The translations under genes were made by a program, and so were the position numbers. Below are positions 53,023 through 64,000 of a stretch of 64,000 nt of DNA, piece after piece. Source of the DNA: Pseudomonadota bacterium (GTDB lineage: Bacteria > Myxococcota_A > UBA796 > SXON01). Position 1 is the first letter of the stretch, and every line of letters starts with the position of its first letter. The stretch covers positions 106,690 to 170,689 of the forward strand of contig JAUXTN010000238.1 in assembly GCA_030684355.1 (NCBI GenBank). The letters are read 5' to 3'. The notes under the pieces are model-generated. The model made no database searches and had not been told where the DNA came from. It saw nothing but the letters and a program-made list of their open reading frames with translations.

Positions 53023-55358
53023 GCACCGAGAAGGAGAGCTGCGGCTGCGGCACCCCCTGCCCCCCGGAAGCACCGGCCTCGGGCGCCGAGGCACGCCCCG
53101 TCACCGTCGGCGTTCGCATGCCGACCCGGAAGGGCGCCGCCCCTCCGCCGGCGCCCGCCACACCCGGCGCCCCGGCCCTCGACTTCCGCATCCACGGCAT
53201 GGACTGCGCCGAGGAGGTCGGCATCCTCCGGCGCGCCCTCCGAGGCGTGGTGCCCGAGGACGCACTGGAGTTCGACGCCCTCCACGGCCGGATGCGGGTC
53301 CGCGCCGCCGTCCCCGCCGAGCGCGTGACGGCCGCCGTCGCCGTCACGGGGATGCGCGCGGAGCCGTGGGTGGAGGCTCCCGCCGCCGCCGCCCCCCAGA
53401 AGCACGCCTGGGGGCTCCGCGACGGGCTCGTCGTCGCCAGCGGGCTCGGCACCGCCGTCGGCTTCGGCACCCACGTCGCGCTCGGCGGACTCGCCGCCGC
53501 GGTCGGCTCCGAGGGGGCGGGCGTCGCGGAGAGCGTCCCGTGGGCTGCCGGGATCGCCTACGCCGTCGCCATCGCCGCCGGGCTCTGGATCGTGCTCCCG
53601 AAGGCCTGGTACGCCGCGCGGTCCCTGCGGCCGGACATGAACCTGCTCATGACCGTCGCGGTGGTGGGCGCGCTCGCGCTCGGCGAGTGGTTCGAGGCGG
53701 CCACGGTCTCCTTCCTGTTCGCGCTCTCCCTCGCGATGGAGGCCTGGAGCGTCGGCCGCGCACGCCGGTCGGTCGCGGCGCTCCTGCGGCTCGCGCCCGA
53801 GCGCGCGCGGGTCGTACGCGACGGCGTGGAGGTGGAGGTCGAGCCCGCGTCGGTCGCCCCCGGGACCTTGTTCCACGTCTACCCAGGCGAACGCTTCCCC
53901 CTCGACGGCCGCGTGGAGGCGGGGGCGAGCGAGGTGAACCAGGCGCCCATCACGGGCGAGAGCGTGCCGGTCTCCAAGCAGCAGGGAGACGAGGTGTTCG
54001 CCGGCACCATCAACGGGAGCGGCTCCCTGGAGGTCGTGTCGACCAAGGCGTCGGCCGACACCACGCTCGCGCGCATCGTGCGGATGGTCGCGGACAGCCA
54101 GGCGCGGCGCTCGGAGTCCGAGCAGTGGGTGGACCGCTTCGCCCGCGTCTACACGCCCGTCGTCTTCGGCCTCGCGCTCGCCGTGGCGGTGCTCCCGCCG
54201 CTCCTCCTCGGCGCGGCGTGGGACGCGTGGATCTACCGGGGGCTCGTGCTCCTCGTCATCGGCTGCCCGTGCGCGCTGGTGATCGCGACGCCGGTGAGCA
54301 TCGTCGCCGCCTTGACCGCGGCCGCGACCCACGGCGTGCTGCTCAAGGGAGGGCGGCTCGTGGAGGTGCCCGCGTCGCTCCGCGTACTCGCGTTCGACAA
54401 GACCGGCACGCTCACCGAGGGCCGTCCGCGGGTCGTCGAGGTGGTCCCGCTCTCCGAGCACGACGACCGCGCGCTCCTCGCACGCGCCGCCGCCGTCGAG
54501 GCCCGCTCGGAGCACCCCCTCGCGGTCGCGGTCCTCGACCATGCGCGCAGCCTGGGCGTGACCCCGGTGCCCGCGAACGACGTCCGCTCGGTCGCCGGCC
54601 GGGGCGCGGAGGGATGGATCGACGGGCGCAGGTTCTGGGTCGGTTCGCACCGGTGGCTCGAAGAGAGCGGCCTGGAGACACCGGCCGTCCGCGAGCGGCT
54701 CCTCGCGCTGTCCTCGGCAGGGCGGACCGTCGTCGTCGTCGGGAACGAGACGCACGTGTGCGGGCTCCTGGCCGTCGCGGATGCCGTGCGGCCGGGCGCC
54801 GCGGCGGCCGTCGCGGCGCTGAAGAAGGAGATCGGACACGTCGTCGTGCTCACGGGCGACAACCGGGCGACGGCGGAGGCGGTGGCGCGCGCAGTCGGCG
54901 TCGACGACGTGCGGGCCGAGCTCCTCCCGGCCGACAAGGTCCGCGAGGTCGAGGCGCTGGAACGCCGATACGGCGCGGTGGCGATGGTCGGCGACGGCGT
55001 GAACGACGCCCCCGCGCTCGCCCGTGCGTCCTTCGGCATCGCGATGGGCGCGGCCGGCAGCGACGTCGCAATCGAGACGGCCGACGTGGCGCTGATGGGC
55101 GACGACCTCGCCAAGATCGCCTGGCTCGTGCGCCACTCGCGCCGGACGCTGCGGGTCATCCGCGCGAACGCCGCCTTCGCGCTCGGGATCAAGGCGATCT
55201 TCGTGGTGCTGACGTTCGCGGGCGTGGCGTCTCTCTGGGGCGCGATCGCGGCGGACATGGGGGCGTCGTTGCTCGTGGTGTTCAACGCCCTTCGGTTGCT
55301 GCGGTCGCCGCAGGAGCAGCCCGCCGCTCCGGTTGCGGTGCGGTCCCGAGCCGCATAG
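53019..55358 (+). CDS. P1B-type heavy-metal-translocating ATPase (Zn/Cd/Pb/Co class likely)
   Basis: Motifs: ITGESVPV, IGCPCALVIATP (CPC), FDKTGTLTEG, GDGVNDAPAL. The N-terminus is Cys-rich (ESCGCGTPCP) and is followed by an HMA-like domain. Confidence 0.95.
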   Translation: MSTEKESCGCGTPCPPEAPASGAEARPVTVGVRMPTRKGAAPPPAPATPGAPALDFRIHGMDCAEEVGILRRALRGVVPEDALEFDALHGRMRVRAAVPAERVTAAVAVTGMRAEPWVEAPAAAAPQKHAWGLRDGLVVASGLGTAVGFGTHVALGGLAAAVGSEGAGVAESVPWAAGIAYAVAIAAGLWIVLPKAWYAARSLRPDMNLLMTVAVVGALALGEWFEAATVSFLFALSLAMEAWSVGRARRSVAALLRLAPERARVVRDGVEVEVEPASVAPGTLFHVYPGERFPLDGRVEAGASEVNQAPITGESVPVSKQQGDEVFAGTINGSGSLEVVSTKASADTTLARIVRMVADSQARRSESEQWVDRFARVYTPVVFGLALAVAVLPPLLLGAAWDAWIYRGLVLLVIGCPCALVIATPVSIVAALTAAATHGVLLKGGRLVEVPASLRVLAFDKTGTLTEGRPRVVEVVPLSEHDDRALLARAAAVEARSEHPLAVAVLDHARSLGVTPVPANDVRSVAGRGAEGWIDGRRFWVGSHRWLEESGLETPAVRERLLALSSAGRTVVVVGNETHVCGLLAVADAVRPGAAAAVAALKKEIGHVVVLTGDNRATAEAVARAVGVDDVRAELLPADKVREVEALERRYGAVAMVGDGVNDAPALARASFGIAMGAAGSDVAIETADVALMGDDLAKIAWLVRHSRRTLRVIRANAAFALGIKAIFVVLTFAGVASLWGAIAADMGASLLVVFNALRLLRSPQEQPAAPVAVRSRAA

Positions 55359-55370
55359 CCGACCCGAAGC

Positions 55371-55715
55371 GTGTTCCGCCTCCTCCGCCTCTTCGTTGCC
55401 GTCTTCGTCCTCTTCGGGCTGATCCCCGGCGGCGTGGAGCTCTTCGAGAACCTGGAGCACGTCATCCACGACGGGCACCTCGCCCACGCAGAGGACCATC
55501 TCGACGAGGAGGAGCACGGCGCCGCGAGCGATGAGCACGGCTGCACGCCCATGATGCACGTGTGCGGTTGCCACGCGTCGCTCTCCGCGCTTCCGAGTGT
55601 GGACGCCCCGGAGCTCCGCCCCCCCCACTCCGACGAGGCCCCGAGTCCCGTCGCTCTGGACGATCGCCCGCTCGCCCGCGCCACCGCGCCGCCGACGCCG
55701 CCCCCCGACGCCTGA
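55371..55715 (+). CDS. His/Cys-rich small membrane-anchored protein (putative metal-binding accessory protein)
   Basis: GTG start and a hydrophobic N-terminus (LLRLFVAVFVLFGLIPGG), followed by ..HVIHDGHLAHAEDHLDEEEHGAASDEHGCTPMMHVCGCHAS... Confidence 0.6.
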   Translation: MFRLLRLFVAVFVLFGLIPGGVELFENLEHVIHDGHLAHAEDHLDEEEHGAASDEHGCTPMMHVCGCHASLSALPSVDAPELRPPHSDEAPSPVALDDRPLARATAPPTPPPDA

Positions 55716-55791
55716 CCCCGATCCGGAACCCAAGGTCCGCGACGTCGCCTGACGTCCGCGATGTTCCTCCCCTTCCGTTCGAGGTCACCTC

Positions 55792-55929
55792 GTGTCCCAC
55801 ATCCGTTCGCGCGGCGCGGCCGTCGCGCTCCTGCTCCTGTTCACGGGGGCGGCCGCCGCCGCCGCCGCTCGCATCGACCACCTCCTGGCGTCCGAGAGCG
55901 ACACGCCGATCCCCGGGGGTGTGGAATGA
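55792..55929 (+). CDS. Possible 45-aa signal-peptide-like sORF coupled to the adaptor gene
   Basis: GAGG lies 7 nt before GTG 55792. The product is VSHIRSRGAAVALLLLFTGAAAAAAARIDHLL... Its stop overlaps ATG 55926 (ATGA). It is speculative. Confidence 0.25.
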   Translation: MSHIRSRGAAVALLLLFTGAAAAAAARIDHLLASESDTPIPGGVE

Positions 55930-57137
55930 GGACGTTGACAATCGCCTGGTTCGCTCAGGCCGTCGCATGCGCCGGGAGCCCAGGGGAAGCAGGGAAGGCC
56001 CAGGCGGGGCAGGAGCACGCCGAAAGGGAGCACGGAGAGGAACGACACGAGGAGAACGGTCACGGCGAGGAGCACGAGGAGTTCGTCAAGCTCTCGCCCG
56101 AGGCGCTGACGGTCGCCGCCCTCCGGGTCGAGTCCGCCTCATCGCGTTCGTCGTCCGGCTCCTTCGCGACCAGCGCCCGGATTGCGCTCGATCCACGTCG
56201 CGAGGCGCAGGTGAGCGCGGCCACGGCGGGGCAGGTCGACCGGATCCTCGTCCGTACGGGCGAAACCGTTCGGGATGGTCAGACGCTCGCGACCGTGGTG
56301 TCCGCAGAGCTCGGCGAGGCGGTCGCGGCCTTCCACACGTCGCATGCGCGCCGTGAGGTGGCCTCTGCCCGCGCCGAACGCCTGCGGGGCCTGGAGGGGC
56401 AGGGCGTCTCGTCCAAGGCCGACGTCGCCGAGGCCGACGCGGAGCTGAAGGTAGCGGCAGCCGAGTTCGAGGCGGCGGAGGAACGCCTGCGGGTCCTCGG
56501 TGTTCGCCCGGACGCCAGTTCAGCCGGTCACTACCCCTCGCAGTTTCCCGTTCGCTCGCCGATCGCGGGCGAGGTGCTCGCCGCCGAGGCTCGGGTCGGG
56601 CAGTCCGTGCAGCCCGGCGCCGGGCTCTTTCACATCGGGAACCTGGACGAAGTCTGGCTGTTGCTCGACGTCTACGAGCGCGACCTCGCGAAGGTGGGGA
56701 AGGGCCAGGAGGTGCGCTTCCGCGTGGACGCCTGGCCTGACGTCGCCTTCGAAGGGACCGTCGACTGGGTCGGTGCCGTCGTCCAACCGGACAGCCGCAC
56801 GGTCGAGTTGCGCGTCGTCGTCCCCAACGCTGACCATCGCCTGAAGCCGGGGATGTTCGCGCGCGCGGACCTCGGACTCGCGCCCCACGCGAACGGCGGA
56901 GCGCTCGTGGTCGTGCCCGCGGAGGCCGTCCAGGAGTTCGAGGGGCGGAGCGTCGTGTTCGTCCAGTCGGCACCCGACACCTTCGCGGCGCGCACCGTCC
57001 GCATCGCTTCGCGGCACGGGAGCGACGTCCACCTCGCCGAGGGCGTGACCCCCGGCGAGCCGATCGTCGTCGAAGGGGCCTTCACCCTGAAGAGCGAGCT
57101 CGCGAAGGGCGAGCTCGGGGAACGCCATGCCCACTGA
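55926..57137 (+). CDS. Heavy-metal RND efflux adaptor (CzcB/CusB-like), with a His/Glu-rich N-terminal region
   Basis: Track ORF trimmed to ATG 55926 (MRTLTIAWFAQAVACAG). EHAEREHGEERHEENGHGEEHEE is followed by the membrane-fusion core ..VRSPIAGEVL... Confidence 0.9.
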   Translation: MRTLTIAWFAQAVACAGSPGEAGKAQAGQEHAEREHGEERHEENGHGEEHEEFVKLSPEALTVAALRVESASSRSSSGSFATSARIALDPRREAQVSAATAGQVDRILVRTGETVRDGQTLATVVSAELGEAVAAFHTSHARREVASARAERLRGLEGQGVSSKADVAEADAELKVAAAEFEAAEERLRVLGVRPDASSAGHYPSQFPVRSPIAGEVLAAEARVGQSVQPGAGLFHIGNLDEVWLLLDVYERDLAKVGKGQEVRFRVDAWPDVAFEGTVDWVGAVVQPDSRTVELRVVVPNADHRLKPGMFARADLGLAPHANGGALVVVPAEAVQEFEGRSVVFVQSAPDTFAARTVRIASRHGSDVHLAEGVTPGEPIVVEGAFTLKSELAKGELGERHAH

Positions 57138-60100
57138 CCCCATGAAGGCGGACGATCTGCTGGGCGGCGGAGGCCCGCACCTGATCGATCGCATCATCGC
57201 CGCCGCGATCCGGGACCGACTGCTCGTCCTGATTGGCGTAGTGCTCCTGATCGCGGCGGGTGTGCGGAGCGCCCTGTCACTCCCGATCGATGCCGTCCCC
57301 GACGTCACGAACGTGCAGGTGCAGATCCTCACGAACTCGCCGGGGCTCGGTCCCGAGGAGATCGAGCGGTTCATCACCACGCCCGTGGAGGCCGCCATGG
57401 GCGGTGTACCGGACGTCGTGGAGCTACGTTCGCTGTCCCGCTTCGGCCTCTCCGTCGTCACCGTGGTGTTCGAGGAGGGCACGGACATCTGGTGGGCGCG
57501 GCAGGCCATCGGGGAGCGCCTCGTCGAGGCGCGGGAGGCCATCCCGGAGGGCTACGGCGAGCCGGAGATGGGGCCGATCTCCTCGGGCTTGGGCGAGATC
57601 TACCAGTTCGAGGTGCGAGGCGAGGGCCTGTCCCTCATGGAGCTCCGCGACATCCTCGACTGGCAGATCGCACCGCGCCTCCGGGGCGTGCCGGGCGTCG
57701 TCGAGGTCAACTCCTTCGGCGGCCAGCTCCGCACCTACGAGGTCAGCATCCGCCCGGACGCCCTCGCGGCGCACGGGCTCGTGCTGGGGGACCTGTACGA
57801 GGCCCTGGAGCAGAACAACGCAGCGGCGGGAGGCGGCTACCTCCAGAAGGGCCGCGAGCAGGTCCTCGTGCGCGGCGAGGCGCTCCTTGGCTCCCTGGAG
57901 GACATCGCCGCGGTGGTCGTCGACGCGACCGACGACGGCACGCCCATCACGATCGGGGCCCTCGGCGAGGTGCGGTTCGCCCCGATGATCCGCCAGGGCG
58001 CGGTCACCCGCGACGGGCGCGGAGAGGCCGTGACCGGCATCGTCATGATGCTCCTCGGCGAGAACTCCCGAACCGTCGTGGAGCGGGTGAAGGAGCGGAT
58101 GGCGGAGATCGAACCGACCCTCCCGCAGGGGGTGACGGTCGAGGTCTTCTACGACCGGGCCGACCTCATCGCGCGGACGATCGGGACGGTCGAGACGAAC
58201 CTCCTGGAAGGCGGCCTCCTCGTCGTCGGAGTGCTGCTCCTCACCCTCGGGAATCTCCGCGGTGGCCTCATCGTCGCGACCGCAATCCCACTCTCGATGC
58301 TCTTCGCGTTCGTCGGGATGCGGGCCGCGGGCGTGTCCGGCAACCTGATGTCGCTCGGCGCGATCGACTTCGGGCTCCTGGTCGACGGCTCGGTCGTCAT
58401 GGTCGAGAACATCGTCCGCGTGGTCGGCCACCGCCGGAAGCAGGGGCTCCCGGTGGATCGCGGCACCGTGCTCGAGGCCGCCCGCGAGGTGGGCCGCCCC
58501 ATCGTCTTCGCGGTGGGGATCATCATCCTCGTGTACCTGCCCCTCCTGACGCTCACGGGCATCGAGGGGAAGATGTTCCGGCCCATGGCGCTGACCGTGG
58601 TGTTCGCGCTCCTCGGATCGCTCGTGCTCGCGCTCACCCTCATGCCCGTCCTTGGGACCTTCTTCCTGCTGAAGGCGGAGGAGAAGGAGACATGGTTCCT
58701 CCGGGTGGTCCACACCGCGTACGTGCCTCTCCTCGGGAAGGCCATGTCCTGGCGGCGCCTCACCTTCGGCGCGGCCGTGGCGGTGTTCGCGGCGAGCCTT
58801 GTCATCATCCCGTTCCTGGGCGCGGAGTTCGTGCCGCGCCTCGATGAGGGCGCCATCGCCCTCCAGATCGCGCGCCTCCCCTCCGTGTCGCTGGAGGAGT
58901 CGATCCGCCAAGCGGGCGAGGCCGAGCGTGTCATCCTGGTGGCGTACCCCGACGAGGTGGCCACGGTTGTCTCGAAGACCGGGCGAGCGGAGATCGCGAC
59001 CGACCCGATGGGGGTCGACTTCTCCGACGTCTTCGTGATGCTGAAGCCGATCGACGGATGGACGAAGGTGGTGGACAAGGCCGAGTTGGTAGAGGGCCTT
59101 CAGGAGCTGCTCGGGAGGTCGGTGCCCGGCGCCAACTTCTCGTTCTCCCAGCCCATCGAGCTGCGGGTGAACGAGCTGATCGAGGGGGTCCGTTCGGACG
59201 TCGCCGTGCAGATCTACGGGGACGACACCGCCGAGCTGGCTCGCGTCGGCAACGCCGCGGCTGCCGTGCTGCGGACGGTGGAGGGCGCGGAGGACGTGAA
59301 GGTCGAGCAGGTGGCCGGCTTGCCGGTGCTGCGCATCGTGGCGGACCGCCCGGCCCTCGCCCGACTGGGGATCGACGGCACGGCGATCCTCGACGCCGTG
59401 GAGGCGATCGGCGGGAGGCCCGTCGGCGTCGTGGTGGACGGGCCCCGTCGGTTCGACATCCAGGTCCGGTTCGCCGAGGAGGTGCGCGCCAACATCGACC
59501 GCGTGGGCGAGATCGTGGTCGGCGAGCCGAGCGGGGTGCGGGTGCCGTTGAAGCAGGTGGCGACGCTCACCGAGGAGCCCGGGCCCGCGCAGATCAGTCA
59601 CGAGGACCTTCGCCGGAAGCTCACCGTCGAGCTCAACGTGCGGGGCCGGGACATCGCGAGCTTCGTGGCCGAGGCCCAGGAGAAGTTGGACGGGGAGGTC
59701 GAGATCCCGACCGGCTACGAGACCGCGTGGGGCGGGCAATTCGAGAACCTCCAGGAGGCCTCGGCGCGCCTGGCAGTCGTCGTCCCGCTCGTGCTCCTGC
59801 TGATCTTCGTGCTGCTCCAGGCCGCGTTCGGCTCGGTGCGGCTGGCGGCGCTCGTCTACGCCAACGTCCCCCTCGCCATCAGCGGCGGCGTGTTCGCGCT
59901 CGCCCTCCGAGGCCTCCCCTTCTCGATCTCGGCGGGCGTGGGCTTCATCGCGCTGTTCGGCATCGCCGTGATGAACGGCGTCGTGCTCGTCACCTACATC
60001 CGCAAGCTCCACGAGGAGGGCGGCGCGACGGCCGCTGAGGCTGCCCGCGCGGGTGCGGAGGTTCGGCTTCGACCAGTCCTGATGACGGCGCTCGTCGCTG

Positions 60101-60423
60101 CACTCGGGTTCCTCCCGATGGCGCTCGCGACTTCTGCCGGCGCCGAGGTCCAGCGTCCGCTCGCGACCGTGGTCATCGGCGGCCTCGTCACGAGCACGTT
60201 GCTCACCCTGGTCGTGTTGCCGTCGCTGTACGCATGGGCGATGGGGAGGCTCGAGGTAGCCGGCGGCGCGGTCCGGGCTATCGCCCCCCCTCCCCCCACC
60301 GGGAGGGGGAAACCAGCCACGCCCGCGCCCCCTCCGACGACCACTCCCGCGCCCCGTCGATCCGCTCGACGAGCCGGCCATCCTCGACGCGGAACGTGGC
60401 GGGCAGGTCCCGAACGCCCGTGA
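57127..60423 (+). CDS. czcA: CzcA/CusA-family heavy-metal efflux RND transporter (HME)
   Basis: ..IDRIIAAAIRDRLLVLIGVVLLIAAG..LPIDAVPDVTNVQVQI.. is the typical HME-RND N-terminus. The protein is about 1098 aa, and its last ~50 aa form a Pro-rich tail encoded antisense to the convergent thioredoxin gene. Confidence 0.95.
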   Translation: MPTDPMKADDLLGGGGPHLIDRIIAAAIRDRLLVLIGVVLLIAAGVRSALSLPIDAVPDVTNVQVQILTNSPGLGPEEIERFITTPVEAAMGGVPDVVELRSLSRFGLSVVTVVFEEGTDIWWARQAIGERLVEAREAIPEGYGEPEMGPISSGLGEIYQFEVRGEGLSLMELRDILDWQIAPRLRGVPGVVEVNSFGGQLRTYEVSIRPDALAAHGLVLGDLYEALEQNNAAAGGGYLQKGREQVLVRGEALLGSLEDIAAVVVDATDDGTPITIGALGEVRFAPMIRQGAVTRDGRGEAVTGIVMMLLGENSRTVVERVKERMAEIEPTLPQGVTVEVFYDRADLIARTIGTVETNLLEGGLLVVGVLLLTLGNLRGGLIVATAIPLSMLFAFVGMRAAGVSGNLMSLGAIDFGLLVDGSVVMVENIVRVVGHRRKQGLPVDRGTVLEAAREVGRPIVFAVGIIILVYLPLLTLTGIEGKMFRPMALTVVFALLGSLVLALTLMPVLGTFFLLKAEEKETWFLRVVHTAYVPLLGKAMSWRRLTFGAAVAVFAASLVIIPFLGAEFVPRLDEGAIALQIARLPSVSLEESIRQAGEAERVILVAYPDEVATVVSKTGRAEIATDPMGVDFSDVFVMLKPIDGWTKVVDKAELVEGLQELLGRSVPGANFSFSQPIELRVNELIEGVRSDVAVQIYGDDTAELARVGNAAAAVLRTVEGAEDVKVEQVAGLPVLRIVADRPALARLGIDGTAILDAVEAIGGRPVGVVVDGPRRFDIQVRFAEEVRANIDRVGEIVVGEPSGVRVPLKQVATLTEEPGPAQISHEDLRRKLTVELNVRGRDIASFVAEAQEKLDGEVEIPTGYETAWGGQFENLQEASARLAVVVPLVLLLIFVLLQAAFGSVRLAALVYANVPLAISGGVFALALRGLPFSISAGVGFIALFGIAVMNGVVLVTYIRKLHEEGGATAAEAARAGAEVRLRPVLMTALVAALGFLPMALATSAGAEVQRPLATVVIGGLVTSTLLTLVVLPSLYAWAMGRLEVAGGAVRAIAPPPPTGRGKPATPAPPPTTTPAPRRSARRAGHPRRGTWRAGPERP

Positions 60424-60756
60424 CCGCCGCGATGCCGGGGTCGCGGACGACCTCCCCGGGGACCTCGCCCCCGAAGAACGCGGACACCGACGCCGGGTTC
60501 TCGTCCACGGACACCGCGACCAGCGGCACGCCCGCCTCGTGCGCGGCCGCCAGGAGCCCGGGCAGCTCGTCCCTGCACGGCACGCACCAGGTCGCCCAGA
60601 CGTGGAGGAGGCCGTCGCGCGGGGCCACGGCGGGCGCGTCGCCCGAGGTCGCCGTCGTGAGGAACGGTGCTGCCGGCTCCCGATCGAACGCGCGCCAGGC
60701 CAGCCACGCGCCGCCCTGGAGCGCGGCGAGGATCGCGAGGACGAGGAGGGCCCGCC

Positions 60757-60760
<4 letters not shown>
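60278..60760 (-). CDS. TlpA-like thiol:disulfide oxidoreductase (membrane-anchored thioredoxin)
   Basis: The GTG at 60760 overlaps the upstream stop (GTGA). A TM segment (ALLVLAILAAL) is followed by LLHVWATWCVPCRDELP, which contains the CxxC motif. Confidence 0.85.
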
Positions 60761-63852
<3,092 letters not shown>

Positions 63853-63855
63853 CGG

Positions 63856-64000
63856 CTACTCCACGTCGCAGCAGCCGGCGCCGATGCTGTCCTTCAGGGT
63901 CTCCGTCTTGAGCAGGAAGCTGCCTTCGGTGACCACGTCCTCCCCCGGCGCGACGCCCCGCCGGAGCACCACCGTGCCGCCCTGGCGGGCCGCGACCTCG
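63856..64000 (-). CDS. RND efflux adaptor (CzcB/CusB-like), C-terminal end only
   Basis: Reverse translation ends ..GEDVVTEGSFLLKTETLKDSIGAGCCDVE*, with the stop at 63858..63856, 3 nt upstream of the transporter start. The gene continues beyond the window. Confidence 0.7.
   Translation of the reverse strand, partial: EVAARQGGTVVLRRGVAPGEDVVTEGSFLLKTETLKDSIGAGCCDVE

Overview
This is a very GC-rich, gene-dense chromosomal segment. About 60 protein-coding genes can be supported. I found no rRNA, tRNA, CRISPR array, transposase or integrase. The gene content suggests a myxobacterium (Myxococcota), but that is inference only: an MglA-type GTPase, PATAN/DUF4388 and Roadblock proteins, many Hanks kinases, MopE-like Cys/Asp repeats, FG-GAP lipoproteins and TadE/TadG.

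Because of the GC content, the six-frame track is full of long spurious antisense ORFs rich in Arg/Gly/Pro/Ala. I called genes from recognisable motifs, third-position GC, signal peptides and translational-coupling junctions (ATGA, GTGA, TGATG). Starts are often trimmed relative to the track, which also counts GTG and TTG as M.

Layout, left to right:
- 1-4.6 kb: a kinase fragment, a metallophosphoesterase and a long di-haem peroxidase.
- 4.7-13.2 kb: an eight-gene minus-strand operon (MlrC-like peptidase, small protein, sulfotransferase, aminotransferase, GMC oxidoreductase, SRPBCC protein, LysE-type exporter, ALO-type FAD oxidase). A winged-helix/STAND/TPR regulator lies upstream at 13.3-15.7 kb.
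- 15.8-20.7 kb: FG-GAP/MopE-repeat lipoproteins flanking a hemerythrin gene.
- 20.8-28.3 kb: TolC, TetR, an efflux adaptor, an RND pump and a P450.
- 28.6-35.7 kb: a Cys-rich CRP/FNR regulator, divergent from a nine-gene operon joining an MglA-like GTPase, two DUF4388 proteins and two Roadblock proteins to an HhH protein, an HU-like protein, a stand-alone protoglobin and a stand-alone EAL phosphodiesterase. This is my best candidate for an undescribed signalling system.
- 35.7-38.4 kb: a sulfide module (SQR, a DUF1641::TusE fusion, DsrE).
- 38.6-43.5 kb: an EEP phosphoesterase, and an FHA/winged-helix gene coupled to a kinase-WD40 gene.
- 43.6-50.7 kb: secreted proteins of unknown function, a transglutaminase-like protein, a TadE-TadE-TadG trio and a fasciclin lipoprotein.
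- 50.9-51.6 kb: a TlpA-like thioredoxin lipoprotein interrupted by an in-frame TGA exactly at the first Cys of CxxC, with a hairpin downstream. This is a candidate selenoprotein.
- 52.7-64.0 kb: two convergent heavy-metal resistance modules.

All functional calls come from reading motifs by eye. No database search was run.
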